Positions 44,567 to 55,352 are shown, numbered from the stretch's first letter. The stretch is DNA of 64,000 nucleotides from an uncultured Thermodesulfobacteriota bacterium (GCA_964348095.1 CAYGBK010000065.1:56847-120846); one strand, 5' to 3'. Notes: generated by a model from the letters alone, not told the origin. Made by a program: numbers and translations.

Positions 44567-45808
44567 TTATTGACCGGCAGGTTTCGCCCTCACTGTGCGT
44601 GCGTCTTGATCCGACTCACCTGACGCCGAGCTTTGATATTCTGAGGTCACTTGGGGAAGGAAAAGGGCCAGAACAAGGGCAACAGCGGGGAGAACCAAAA
44701 GCCCATCCATCGCCTCCTTCATGCCAAAAGCATCGGCAAACGCTCCCACTGCCATCAGTACCAAGCCGGCCATTCCCCATGCAAAACCCATTATCAGGGC
44801 TGACATTGTTCCGCCCCTCCCGGGAGCTGTCTCCTGCGCCATGACGATGCACGGCGATTCCCCCAGGAAAAAAAGGAAGCCAAGAGGGGCGAGGAACAAA
44901 AAGGTCCAGTGGACCGGACCATAAAGAAAACCATAGAATACAGGGATGACGAGTAGGAAGGAAAGTACTACGGTCGTTTTTCGACCGATCCGATCCGATA
45001 GTCCTCCTCCGAGGAAACCCCCAAGCGCCCCGAAAATCATGAAAACCGTGAAGGAACTCCCACCCGCTGTCAGGGACAGGCCCCTCATCGTCTGAAAGGT
45101 GGGCAGGAATGTTATCAGGCTGAGAATGGCCGTCGATCTCAGCCAAACGACAAACCACAGTAAAGCAAAGCGACGTAGATCGTGAAAGCGCAGAGCTCTT
45201 ATTGCTGATCTGTCAACCTCGAGAGCGGGTGATCTGAGCATGGTCTCTGGGAAATACCGAACCAAGGCCAAAACGAAAATGGCCGCTGGGATCAACGCTA
45301 CATAGCTCCTTTCCAGACCGAGAGCCAGAACGATCGTCAGGATAACGAGAGGTCCAAGACCGTATCCGACATTTCCCCCGAGCATGAACAGAGACACCCC
45401 CAGGCCTTTCTTTGGACCGCTGAAAAAACCAGTTAGCGCAGCCGCCTGAGGATGAAAGCAGGCGACCCCCAATCCACCGATTACCAAAAAGGGGATTAAC
45501 AGGATGTAGCTGGGGAGAAGACCCATGAAGCTCAACCCTGTCGCGGCCATCATCGGTCCCCAGAAAACCAGTTTTCTCCCTCCAATCTTGTCAGACAAGA
45601 TTCCAAACAGAGGTTGACTTAATGCGGCTGAAACCATGAGGATGGAAGCAAGCATGCTCGCTAGGGTAAGAGACATTCCGAGTCTCTCGATTAGAAGAGG
45701 GAGGAGGGCGGCCAGAAAAGGGGGATAGAGATCAACCACCATATGACCTACCGACAGGAGTGCTACCCTGACTATATCCAGGCGATGAGATGTCAGCGTC
45801 GTTACCAT
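44567..45808 (-). CDS. MFS transporter
   Basis: 413 aa with a 12-TM pattern and the MFS loop motif SDKIGGRKL between TM2 and TM3. Confidence 0.85.
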   Translation of the reverse strand: MVTTLTSHRLDIVRVALLSVGHMVVDLYPPFLAALLPLLIERLGMSLTLASMLASILMVSAALSQPLFGILSDKIGGRKLVFWGPMMAATGLSFMGLLPSYILLIPFLVIGGLGVACFHPQAAALTGFFSGPKKGLGVSLFMLGGNVGYGLGPLVILTIVLALGLERSYVALIPAAIFVLALVRYFPETMLRSPALEVDRSAIRALRFHDLRRFALLWFVVWLRSTAILSLITFLPTFQTMRGLSLTAGGSSFTVFMIFGALGGFLGGGLSDRIGRKTTVVLSFLLVIPVFYGFLYGPVHWTFLFLAPLGFLFFLGESPCIVMAQETAPGRGGTMSALIMGFAWGMAGLVLMAVGAFADAFGMKEAMDGLLVLPAVALVLALFLPQVTSEYQSSASGESDQDARTVRAKPAGQ

Positions 45809-46161
45809 TTGTCACTCCTCGACAGGGTAATTCCGCCTCTCGTCTTCAACATAAGTCGCTTTCTATCCCGATTAGAGCTTAGGACAATACCATAAGGTTG
45901 CGAGCTTTTTCAAAATAAAAATCTTTTTCACCAGGGTCATGGACATAAGATGAGATCTCGGAGAGGGTGGTGTCAATCAGTCCGCTTGTTTGCTGTGGAG
46001 TTTTTGGTGAGAGGAAGGTCGAAGAGACCCTATGGAGAAAATACCGGGCGAGCCTGTCAATCAATGTTACCTATAAAGATCGTTTCAATGTGCCCGGCTC
46101 GGTTGGTCAGATATCCTCAAGCATACGGGAGACGATTAACCATTACAGAATCCGCAAACTG

Positions 46162-47007
46162 TTAGACTGCAATCAGAGCGACAGCAACCAAACACAGGGC
46201 AACGCCTGCCCACTGTGTAGGTGAGACCGTCTCCTTAACGATTAGACCCGCCAGGAATATTGTTGCCGCAGGATACATGGATGAGAGGACCGCCGCAACA
46301 TCCAGTCTCGTGAACTGAGTTGCCCAGAGATAGAAAATGCTTCCACCCGTCTCTAATAGGCCCGCAAGAAGTGCTATTGGACTATGACGTATTGGAGGCA
46401 ACCCTAAGGACTTTGTGAATAGGATGACCAGTGCGACGCACAAAGCCACGGCCTTTGCAACAAGGAGGGGAGTAAGAATTTTGTCCGGTTCAACCTGAGC
46501 GATGAGGATAAAGAAACTGCCGAAGCCGACACCTGCCAAGAAAGCCAGGAGCAGACCGCTTCGGACGTCGTCTCCTGATCCTGATGGGAATCTGGCGAGA
46601 AGCCATATGCCGGTGATGCCGGCGAGAAAACCGGCAATCTGGGTCGATTGAGGAACACCTTCGAAGACAAGGCCAAACAGAATAGGAAGAGCTGCGCCAA
46701 TCACGGCGGCCGTGGGTGCCACAACTGCGGCCTTGCCTAAAGCAAGCCCCCGGTACAGGGCGGCTATTCCCAGTCCGCCTGACACCCCGGCCAAGGACGC
46801 CCAAACTGAGCTCTCAAGATTTGGAAGTGCTTCACCCTTCACGATGGCTAGCAGTGTAATGATAATAATGCCGGAAATAAGAGCCAGCACCAGGACTTGA
46901 AACTCGTTAATCCGACGTGCCGAAAGCCCTCCGGCGAAATCTCCGGTGCCCCAAAATGACGCCGAGGCGAGCGCGAAAACAACGCCCACTAAGTGAGATG
47001 AAAGCAT
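46162..47007 (-). CDS. DMT superfamily (EamA-like) transporter
   Basis: 281 aa with 10 hydrophobic segments in two similar halves. Confidence 0.8.
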   Translation of the reverse strand: MLSSHLVGVVFALASASFWGTGDFAGGLSARRINEFQVLVLALISGIIIITLLAIVKGEALPNLESSVWASLAGVSGGLGIAALYRGLALGKAAVVAPTAAVIGAALPILFGLVFEGVPQSTQIAGFLAGITGIWLLARFPSGSGDDVRSGLLLAFLAGVGFGSFFILIAQVEPDKILTPLLVAKAVALCVALVILFTKSLGLPPIRHSPIALLAGLLETGGSIFYLWATQFTRLDVAAVLSSMYPAATIFLAGLIVKETVSPTQWAGVALCLVAVALIAV

Positions 47008-47373
47008 AAAGCGGCTCTGTCTTCACACACTGTTCGAGTGGACTCGGGTAAGTGATTCCTGTACGGGGGGTGATTATACACAAAAACTACCGCCTGACCC
47101 AATAAAAAGAGTAACGAAGACGTCCGATGAGGCGTCGAAGATTCCACAGGGCGTGAAGAGCTACGTTCGGTGGGACAAAGATTCGGGGAGTCCCTGGACA
47201 CAAAGGAGCATCCCCCACTGTTGATCCAAGAGGTCGAGAGGTGAACGACCACCACGGGGGGATACTAAGAAATCCATCGGCATCCCCCCTCTGATTTCTA
47301 GATAGGTCTCTAGAGGTTCCACCTGCCGGCGACCGAGGAAGAAAATGAACTTAACGGAGAATTGATCCCTCTC

Positions 47374-48459
47374 TTAAACACTTTCGAGAGAGGAGAAACC
47401 AGCAAAGTATCGTCTGGTATAAATCAAGTATCCCAGAAAGCCCGCCATCCAAACCCCTGTATAAATGGCGATATGAAAACTCTGGGGCAGTCCGTAATAC
47501 CCTATGAGTTGTATCTGCTGCGCAGAGAAATTCATCCATTCGTAGAACTCTAATATGCTCACCCGCGACAACGTAACGATCACCGAAATGCCACCGAGAG
47601 TGATAAGGGCAACCGCGCCCCACCATGCATTCATGTTAAGCCTATAACTGCCCCAAGCCAGAGAGCCAAGTACTATCGCCGTCGCCAAAACGATTACCAA
47701 CCCTGGAATTCCGCTTAAGACGATTCCAAAGAAAGGTATGACACTCCCGCAGAATATCATCGACAGCATGAATAGAGCGCCAAAAGCAAACATCAGCGTT
47801 TGCGCAAGGACGGGTAAGGGGCATTTGTCTGTCCAGCGCTCTTTGGAATCCCTGAACTCACATGTTGATTTTACATTCCGCCCTCCATAAAAGAGCACGG
47901 GCACTCCAGGAATTACCACGAAAAAAAACGCCATAAGACCAGTCATCCCGTATTTCATCACGGTAACTAGTTGGGGAGGTATCTGTCCGACCTCAGCCAT
48001 CTTTCCACATACGTCAGGCATGAGCACAACCATAATAAAAAGCCCAATTATTCCCACTACAAGCCATATCCATGATGAAACCAAAAGGAGGACCCGTGCC
48101 CATCGCCTTGCTTTAATGGAACCGATTCCCATCCAGATAAACCAAACGGCGAGTACAAGGTAGAACAAAATGCCAGGAATCATCACGGTGATGCTCATCG
48201 GTGCACTTGAACTTTTGTCTAGGGCAGAAGAAGCAACGATGCTTAGCACCATAATAGGCACCAGGAGAGCGCAAAACGCACCGAAAATGATCTCAAGGAT
48301 GCCGAATACGACCAACCATGTCTTTCGATCTGTGAAATCTGGCGCTTGTATTGCTTCTTCACCATCTCCCATAATCCAATTCTCCTGTTTTTTAGTGTGC
48401 ATCCCGTCGCCTAAGGCATCGGTCTTTTTGGCTAGTTTTGGACGGACCGTGGAAAACAA
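47374..48459 (-). CDS. Polytopic membrane protein, unknown function
   Basis: 361-aa ORF with about 8 hydrophobic helices. Start uncertain; the ATG at 48402 is possible. Confidence 0.55.
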   Translation of the reverse strand: MFSTVRPKLAKKTDALGDGMHTKKQENWIMGDGEEAIQAPDFTDRKTWLVVFGILEIIFGAFCALLVPIMVLSIVASSALDKSSSAPMSITVMIPGILFYLVLAVWFIWMGIGSIKARRWARVLLLVSSWIWLVVGIIGLFIMVVLMPDVCGKMAEVGQIPPQLVTVMKYGMTGLMAFFFVVIPGVPVLFYGGRNVKSTCEFRDSKERWTDKCPLPVLAQTLMFAFGALFMLSMIFCGSVIPFFGIVLSGIPGLVIVLATAIVLGSLAWGSYRLNMNAWWGAVALITLGGISVIVTLSRVSILEFYEWMNFSAQQIQLIGYYGLPQSFHIAIYTGVWMAGFLGYLIYTRRYFAGFSSLESV

Positions 48460-48845
48460 ATGGTGGAGTTTACCAACGAATGTGGTGGAGACATCTGTCC
48501 CGGTTAGTCACGCAGTCCGAAACATCCGGGCGTTCTAATCTTCCCAGCAGGTGTCACACCGGCGTACGACGGGTAGTCGACTTGAGCTTCTCGGATCTTT
48601 CCACACCTTTCTTGATTTCTGATTCCCTCGATCCGTCGGCTCCTACCTGTAGATCGGTTTTTCTTTCGGAAGTATGCTTCATATCCGTCTATTTTGGTAG
48701 AAACGGAGGGAGGTGACTATATTCCTCCCATCAAAAAGAGGTAGATGAATCACAGGTCGATTTGCCCCCTTTTGCGACGGCGTGTCTTTCCTTGAAATGC
48801 AGGCTCCTTCCCCCTTATATTCAAAGGTGTTAGAAGCGAGTTACC

Positions 48846-50039
48846 ATGTATCAAGATCGTCGGACGTTTTTGAGAACTGTGGGGCTTCTGCTTATGGGGA
48901 TTTCCCTGCCTCGGCTAAGTAGCGGGTTCGAGCTCCGGGTGCCTACGCCACAATTTTCAGATAAGAATGAACTCGTGGTGGTGAAGGCCGTCCATCGTGG
49001 CGCGAGTGACGACGAGATTATTGCCTCCGTGCGAAACGTGGCCGAGGGAGCAACTGATTTTTCCTGGCTCTCTCGGGGGGATACGGTCCTGATCAAGCCT
49101 GCAGCTAACTCTCCCAGGCCATATCCTGCCACCACCTCACCCCTTTCAATCCGAGGGCTGGTGAGCCTTTTAGAGGAGAAAGGCGCGGGGAAGGTCATCG
49201 TGGCCGATAAATCGGGCGTACAGTATGTCTACCACGACGGAAAAGGCCAACGTGGCTCAAGCCGCAATGTGATGACTGAAAACGGTTTACATCAGGCAGC
49301 TCTCGAGTCCGGGGCTGAGTTGCATTACTTCGATGAAAAGAGCTATGATGACTATTTTGGCGACCGGCCTGAACACAATAACCACTGGAGTGGCGAGTTG
49401 ATCCTTCCGAACATCCTAAATCAGGTGGACCACGTCGTCCTGTTGCCGCGGGTGAGCCGTCACGTTCTGGCCGGCACAACTCTGGGGCTCAAAGCCGCCG
49501 TGGGCTGGCTTCGTGACGACAGCCGTCTGGAGCTCCATCGCGACGCGAAGAGCTTCTTCCAAAAGATCGCTGAGATCAACGACGCTAAGGTACTCATGCA
49601 AAAGCTCAGGCTGGTCTTGACGGTAGCCACCAAGGTGCAGACCACATTCGGCCCAGATCATGGCTTTGCGACCGAGCCCGATCCAGGCCTGGTTTTCGGT
49701 TCTGCATCTCTCCTGGCCCACGATATGGTCTCTCTGGGCTGGCTATTGTGGAATCGTCAACACGCGACCCCCCAGAACCAGATTGCTTGGTATCGGGACC
49801 CATTCATGACCTATCCCGGCATTATCAACCGGTTGTTTGTTGGGAGGGCCTGGGGTATTCGTCAGCTGTTCAAATCCGAAACGTACTCGAGCGTGCCTAT
49901 TACTTCTGTGCGCACCGACCCTGTTATCTCACAGGCGGCCGCGATCTGGGGCGGAGTGCCGGAACTTAAGCTGGAGAGCGTTGGCGCCAAGCTGGATGAA
50001 AACATCGCTGCATACCTTATAGGCAAGGCAGCGGCGTAG
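48846..50039 (+). CDS. DUF362 domain protein with twin-arginine signal
   Basis: MYQDRRTFLRTVGLLLMGISLP Tat-like motif. ...GDTVLIKPAANSPRPYPATTSP... is as in DUF362. Confidence 0.7.
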   Translation: MYQDRRTFLRTVGLLLMGISLPRLSSGFELRVPTPQFSDKNELVVVKAVHRGASDDEIIASVRNVAEGATDFSWLSRGDTVLIKPAANSPRPYPATTSPLSIRGLVSLLEEKGAGKVIVADKSGVQYVYHDGKGQRGSSRNVMTENGLHQAALESGAELHYFDEKSYDDYFGDRPEHNNHWSGELILPNILNQVDHVVLLPRVSRHVLAGTTLGLKAAVGWLRDDSRLELHRDAKSFFQKIAEINDAKVLMQKLRLVLTVATKVQTTFGPDHGFATEPDPGLVFGSASLLAHDMVSLGWLLWNRQHATPQNQIAWYRDPFMTYPGIINRLFVGRAWGIRQLFKSETYSSVPITSVRTDPVISQAAAIWGGVPELKLESVGAKLDENIAAYLIGKAAA

Positions 50040-50335
50040 GGACCCTTTCATTGGACACGGAGACACCTGTTCTCGAGCAATCCTAGTGGAAGAAGTCGAA
50101 GGGAGACGTGACATTGTTCGTCAAAGCTCATCCGTTCATTCTCCAAAGTTGAAACAATGCAGGGGTTAGGGGACGGATTGAAACCGGGCTAAGACCCCGT
50201 TAACGCGCGGCGCATCTGGGCGCCTTGTTCCTGAATCAAGGAGCCGTGTCTAGTCAGAGGAGTTGACCCAAAAACCGAAGAATTATCTTCCGTACCACGA
50301 TTCAAAAGCAGCCACGACCCCTTTACACGCACCCG

Positions 50336-50653
50336 TTATGCCTCAAGCTCTTCCCTGACCTCGTAATGCTGGGAACGCTCATCGAAGTGGGATAGCACTT
50401 CCCGTGCTTTGGCCGGAACAATCGCCGTTTCGTAGTCCTCCCCTGCGAACTCACGGATGGCGTCCAGGTCATCAAACCTCATGACCGTAATGAACTCGAT
50501 CTCGTCAGGTGTTTCGCGGCGGAGAAGCTGGATCCCCTTGTACCCACGAATGCGACGATTCTGGATGCCCACGAAGATCTCCTTTTTTAGAAGACCTTCG
50601 TATACATCTGCGTTGGCGGGTGTAGTCCAGCCATGCCAAATCCGAACAATCAT
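50336..50653 (-). CDS. ABM (antibiotic biosynthesis monooxygenase-like) domain protein
   Basis: ATG at 50653 with a GGAGG RBS. About 105 aa; the MIVRIWHGWT... ferredoxin-like fold pattern. Confidence 0.55.
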   Translation of the reverse strand: MIVRIWHGWTTPANADVYEGLLKKEIFVGIQNRRIRGYKGIQLLRRETPDEIEFITVMRFDDLDAIREFAGEDYETAIVPAKAREVLSHFDERSQHYEVREELEA

Positions 50654-50884
50654 GATCCTGCCTCCACAAGGATACATGGTCTGCCATGCCTAACGCCCGG
50701 GCTCAGTGGCCCTGAGTGACGTCGGTGGGTGGGTGCTGAGGAATATCGAAGCATCGAAGGGTTCCCCCCGTTTGGTTATCAGGCGAAACAATCAGTCAGA
50801 ATTTTCCCCTATCATGACTTGACCCCAACGTGCCAATCTCCTTCGATAGAAAGGATACCCTTCATACCGGGTGCCTAACCGATG

Positions 50885-51760
50885 TTAGCTCTCTTGCGGC
50901 ATATGGAGTTTCTTTTGAAAATCCTGAAAACGCTTCTGGGCAAGGAATATCCCGAGGGAGGGAAACAGACGGTGGATCCACCAGAACAAGGTCCACCATG
51001 ACGGCAAAATGACGATGGCTCTATTCTTCGCAACTTGATTTAAAGCCTTTTTTGCGAAAACATTTGGGGACATGGGCCTGAATTTTTCGATCATTTCCAA
51101 CAAGCGACGCTCCTGTTCCGGTGACAGATCTATAAGCATTTTGCCATACTTCCCTCCTCCTTGCAAGATGGCCGTTCGAACAAAGCCCGGGCACAAGACG
51201 CTCACGCGCACTCCTCTCTATGCGGCTTCAGCTCGCAGCGATTTTGAAAGACCGACGACCCCATGCTTGGTTGTTGCATACGCTACCTGTCCTGGAGAGG
51301 GCATGAGTCCAGCCAGGGAAGCAGTATTGACAATGTGCCCGAATCCCTGAACAATCATAACCTTGTATGCTGCGTGCACGCCATTTATCACGCCACGGAG
51401 ATTGACATCTAAGATTTGATGCCAATCTTCAATACCGTAATGCTCGACGCTACCACCAATTCCGATTCCCGCATTGTTGAAAACATAGTCTAACCGGCCG
51501 GTACGTTTGACGGTATCTTGGATTAGCCGCTCCATAGCAGAAAAATCAACCACATCTATGCCCACTGCTTGTGCTTTGCCGCCCACGGCATGGATTTCTG
51601 AGGCGACTTTCTCTGCTAATTCGATCTGAAGATCAGCCAGTACCACCTCGGAGCCCCGTTTTGCCAATTCCTCGGCAAGGGCTCGACCAATTCCTGAGGC
51701 ACCACCGTTGACAATCGCGGTGGTCCCATCAAAAACACGAATCGTTTTCTTTGATTCCAT
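50885..51760 (-). pseudogene. SDR family oxidoreductase interrupted by a single in-frame TAG (51218-51220)
   Basis: TGGASGIG-like NGGASGIG, NNAG, and YATTK catalytic Y-x3-K in ORF 51218..51760. The same frame continues after the TAG as RGVRVSVLCPGFVRT (ORF 50885..51211). The K-to-PG spacing is canonical only if the TAG counts as one codon. Confidence 0.75.
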
Positions 51761-51795
51761 AGTGCCTCTTATTGTGGTTACCCCCCCTATCAGCG

Positions 51796-52203
51796 TTATC
51801 CCGTATCGAGGAAATGGGCCTTGATGTATGTGCAGGCCGCCTCAAGACTCGGCAAAATCTTTGTGCAGTATCTGACCATCCATGGGCTGCAGTCTTTGAA
51901 CGAAAGGGGGGAAAAGGCAATCACAAATTTTCCAAGATTCTGGCTGGCATAGAAAACCTCCATACTCGTTCCTATGCTCGGTTTACAATAATTCACAAGG
52001 ACAATGTCAGCGACACGAATGTCCTGTAAATCAAACTCAACAATTTCATTGGCGGAATCCACCTCTCTATCACGAAAGTTCCGACGCATTGGATCCAAAA
52101 GTCTAAAATGCGATGAAAGCAGAGATTCAGCAATGTCTCGCCACCTGCGAGCCACACCCTCGTGTTCGTCCATAATCGGGCCACTGAGATAAACGGTCTT
52201 CAT
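51796..52203 (-). CDS. Nucleoside 2-deoxyribosyltransferase-like protein
   Basis: 135 aa. MKTVYLSGPI... and ...DIRVADIVLVN...SIGTSMEVFYA pattern. Confidence 0.5.
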   Translation of the reverse strand: MKTVYLSGPIMDEHEGVARRWRDIAESLLSSHFRLLDPMRRNFRDREVDSANEIVEFDLQDIRVADIVLVNYCKPSIGTSMEVFYASQNLGKFVIAFSPLSFKDCSPWMVRYCTKILPSLEAACTYIKAHFLDTG

Positions 52204-52334
52204 CTCACAATCTCTTCCTCCCTCACATGATTCTGGGTTTCAGGGCGCACCGCACGTGGTGCGTCCCCTCCAGCGATTGGTGACCTCCCTCAAACTCGAT
52301 TCAGGTTTCTCTATGATCTTAGGTCTTCCCTTTT

Positions 52335-52502
52335 CTAAACCACACAGCCAGCGCAATGGCGATAAGTGCAAGATTGCTGCAAGCTCGTGAGAATCCTTCT
52401 GGGGTAACCCCCAATTATCGACGTGCTCATTGCAACGGCGATGACCGCTAAGACAAATCCCACTGCCGACAGTCCGATTACTACTATCGCTAGATTCCGC
52501 AT
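52335..52502 (-). CDS. 55-aa single-TM peptide with Cys-rich tail
   Basis: ATG at 52502 preceded by GAGGAGGAG. Sequence MRNLAIVVIGLSAVGFVLAVIAVAM...SCTYRHCAGCVV. Confidence 0.35.
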   Translation of the reverse strand: MRNLAIVVIGLSAVGFVLAVIAVAMSTSIIGGYPRRILTSLQQSCTYRHCAGCVV

Positions 52503-52741
52503 AGTCCTCTGCTCCTCCTCTACTTTTTTTGTAATCGTCGCCTCACACAATAAGCACAACGTGCCCGTGACCCGTATCGAAGCTCTGCTAGATGTCCATT
52601 TCGAGTATCCTCATATGGCAGCCTATTGAGGAAGCGAGCTACAGCCCTCATAGATCTCAATGACGTCGGGTTTTTCGTAATACCCGCCACCTACGTCCCA
52701 TTAGATCCGATGACCTGTCAAGTGTCAATTCGGATCGCCTC

Positions 52742-53401
52742 TCACTGGATTTTCTCCCATTTCGGCACTTTTGCATCGAGCAAAGTTTGAGTTTCGAGTA
52801 TTAATTCCTTTCCGCTTTTTTGATAGAAGACGCGCCCTCGCCGTATATAGACATGATCAACAAACGTGCCACCTTTTTGTTCAATCTGTTTCTTAAATTC
52901 CTCAATCTCCATAGCTCTGAAACTACTGTTGAACGTGCTGAATAGGATGACGCTCTTGTCCGTGAAGTCGTTCTTATCGACAAACGTCCATAAAGGTGGT
53001 GCTGGGCGATACCACCAAATTGGCGCCCCCATAAAAATCAAACGGTACGGGGTCAAATCGGCGACTTCCGGACTGATTTCAGTTTTGTTTTTCGCCCATG
53101 CATCATGACTGGCGTTACGCCATCCTCTAAAGTCGAGGCTGTATGATTTCGCTTCTATTTTCACTATGTGAGTGTTCATTGTGCGAGCGATTTCTCTCGC
53201 CATTGCTTCTGTATTCCCTGATCGGGAATAATAAACAACTAAAATATCTGATTCTAGCTCTTCGCCAGGCGTGTATTGAGGGGTATGAAAATAGGTTCTA
53301 TCTTTTATGAGCAAAAGAGTAAAGCCCGCCAAAACCAAAACGGCGACTACCAGCACAGACATTATAGTTATTTTTTCCCTGGTGAGTTTCATTCTTTTCA
53401 C
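52742..53401 (-). CDS. Membrane-anchored flavodoxin-family protein
   Basis: N-terminal TM, then ILVVYYSRSGNTEAMAREIA and ...LIFMGAPIWW... flavodoxin motifs. Confidence 0.7.
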   Translation of the reverse strand: MKRMKLTREKITIMSVLVVAVLVLAGFTLLLIKDRTYFHTPQYTPGEELESDILVVYYSRSGNTEAMAREIARTMNTHIVKIEAKSYSLDFRGWRNASHDAWAKNKTEISPEVADLTPYRLIFMGAPIWWYRPAPPLWTFVDKNDFTDKSVILFSTFNSSFRAMEIEEFKKQIEQKGGTFVDHVYIRRGRVFYQKSGKELILETQTLLDAKVPKWEKIQ

Positions 53402-53662
53402 ATCCTTCTCAAAAGGACCCTCGGCGTGTCCGACACATGGATGCCCCTTTTTTCTGTCTGAATAGGAATTCGATAGACAATTTGTTGTTTTCCAAAAGGT
53501 TGTCTGGTGGCTAACGCGTCACGAGGTGAGATGGGAACCCCAGAGAATCCTGTGGGTCACCAACTGGCCCGTTTAGCTGGTCGTATCTGCCGTTCTCATC
53601 AGGAAAAAGAAAAGGGTGATCCCATTGTCGCCCCCATTCTGGACCTCTGCCGTTCGACGACA

Positions 53663-54613
53663 CTAGCTTTGCGGGATAAAACCTCTCAATTTATCGATGT
53701 TTGGTGTTTTCACAGACGTTTTGTCAATCAGGGTCTTGAATTCAATCTCCAGTTCCCTCACTTCATCCGCTGCTGCTTTCGCATGCATGGCAAATCCGAT
53801 TTCCCCATATTTGCTATTGAAGATTCCCCGGAAAATTCGAGTCGTCACGAATTCGGGCATCCAGTAGAAGAGATTGAACCTGAAAGGTTGACGCTTGGAA
53901 TACCCTAGCACCCTAAGGACATTGCCGCCTTCCTTGCAGGCGCGCACAACAACCCGGATAGTCTCCTTGTCGTTGGCGAGTGCGTAGTTGTCGCAGGCGT
54001 GCATATAGAGGGCGCTGGCAATTGGGCTGACAAGTGCGACATGGTATTTCAACCATCCGTCAATATCCTTAACTATTTCCACAGGAACACCGCTGGTTTG
54101 GAAAAGTGTTTGGATCCGTCTCGTCCTTTCTCTCATTTCACCATCAATTTCACCGATTCTGATAGGTATTCGGTTCCCATCCGGTTTTTCGCTGTCAACG
54201 TAATAGACGACATTGTCCTTTCGGCTACCACCTGCCCCTGGAAATCCAAATAAGACCCTCTCCGGAGGCAGATGTTCCAGGTATTCAGCAAATCCACGTG
54301 CATTGTTACCCATAAAGAGGATGTTTCCAATATTCGCGTCCCCTCTGAGGATCTGAAACACCGGGAGAAGCTTGTTTTTCCGGATCAAAACAACCACGAG
54401 GTCATACGCATCCTCCTGCTCTAACCTGTCCACCACATTCATTCTCGAAACAGTCTTTACACTGGTGTACTCATTCACCACCACCACACCATGTTTCTTT
54501 ATAGAATCGTACTTTTTACCCCGAGCGAGAAGGGTCACGTCTTTTCCGGCTTGGTATAGAAGATGCGCATAGACACAGCCAAGCGGACCTGCACCGTAAA
54601 TCAGCGTTTTCAC
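53663..54613 (-). CDS. Ketopantoate reductase (ApbA/PanE) family oxidoreductase
   Basis: MKTLIYGAGPLGCVYAHLL Rossmann motif. 316 aa. Confidence 0.7.
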   Translation of the reverse strand: MKTLIYGAGPLGCVYAHLLYQAGKDVTLLARGKKYDSIKKHGVVVVNEYTSVKTVSRMNVVDRLEQEDAYDLVVVLIRKNKLLPVFQILRGDANIGNILFMGNNARGFAEYLEHLPPERVLFGFPGAGGSRKDNVVYYVDSEKPDGNRIPIRIGEIDGEMRERTRRIQTLFQTSGVPVEIVKDIDGWLKYHVALVSPIASALYMHACDNYALANDKETIRVVVRACKEGGNVLRVLGYSKRQPFRFNLFYWMPEFVTTRIFRGIFNSKYGEIGFAMHAKAAADEVRELEIEFKTLIDKTSVKTPNIDKLRGFIPQS

Positions 54614-54706
54614 CGAAGGCCCTTGCTTCCTCAGATAGAGGCTTACGTTAGCGCTCAGCCGTGCAGATTACCCAATTCGCTAGGGTGATTTGCTATGCGA
54701 CATGGA

Positions 54707-55240
54707 TCATGGGGCCCGAACAGCCGCAGCCATGACGCGGTCTGTTTGCCGATCACTACCTACCCAGAAATCCTTTGTCCCGAAATCTCTGAAGCCGCAT
54801 CTCCGGTAGAAGGCAATAGCAGAGGCATTTCGCTCCCAGACGCTAAGCCAGAGTGTCCGTCCCCCGAGTTCACGTGCGGCCTCGTGCACGGCATCCATCA
54901 GGAGCTGCCCCACTCCACGCCCCTGCCACGGCTCATCGACATAGAAGCGCCAGAGCTCCACAGACGATTCCCCGGTCATACAATCGGGCGGTGATTGTCG
55001 CCGGACCTGAGCGAAGGCGATCAGGAGACCCCCCTTTTCGACCAGCAGTGTGGCAATATCTTGACTGCGGAGTTCTGCAGTTTGCTGGGGAACACTGTAT
55101 GTGGAGGATAGGTAGGCTGCTATATCCTCATCGGTATTGTCGGGCCCGAAGGTCTCTTTAAATATCCGGGCTCCAAACTCCGCCAACTGCTCGGCGTCTG
55201 CCGGGATTCCCCGTCGGATATGCACATCTCTATCTGTCAT
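54707..55240 (-). CDS. GNAT family N-acetyltransferase
   Basis: ...FYVDEPWQGRGVGQLLMDAV... acetyl-CoA-binding motif (Q/R-x-x-G-x-G). Confidence 0.8.
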   Translation of the reverse strand: MTDRDVHIRRGIPADAEQLAEFGARIFKETFGPDNTDEDIAAYLSSTYSVPQQTAELRSQDIATLLVEKGGLLIAFAQVRRQSPPDCMTGESSVELWRFYVDEPWQGRGVGQLLMDAVHEAARELGGRTLWLSVWERNASAIAFYRRCGFRDFGTKDFWVGSDRQTDRVMAAAVRAP

Positions 55241-55352
55241 CTTCACTTCCAATGACCTTCTCTGAGGGGCCGCTTTGGCTTGTTAGAAGGCCTTATTCCC
55301 TGAATTCTCTGCCTCCCATTATCTGAGGCATGGTGACCAGACGAAGGATCCT

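Noticed and set aside
51218-51220. In-frame TAG in the SDR gene considered as pyrrolysine.
   Set aside because: No pyl genes or methylamine methyltransferases are in view. SDRs are not known Pyl proteins. The position is a variable surface residue, consistent with a simple nonsense mutation.
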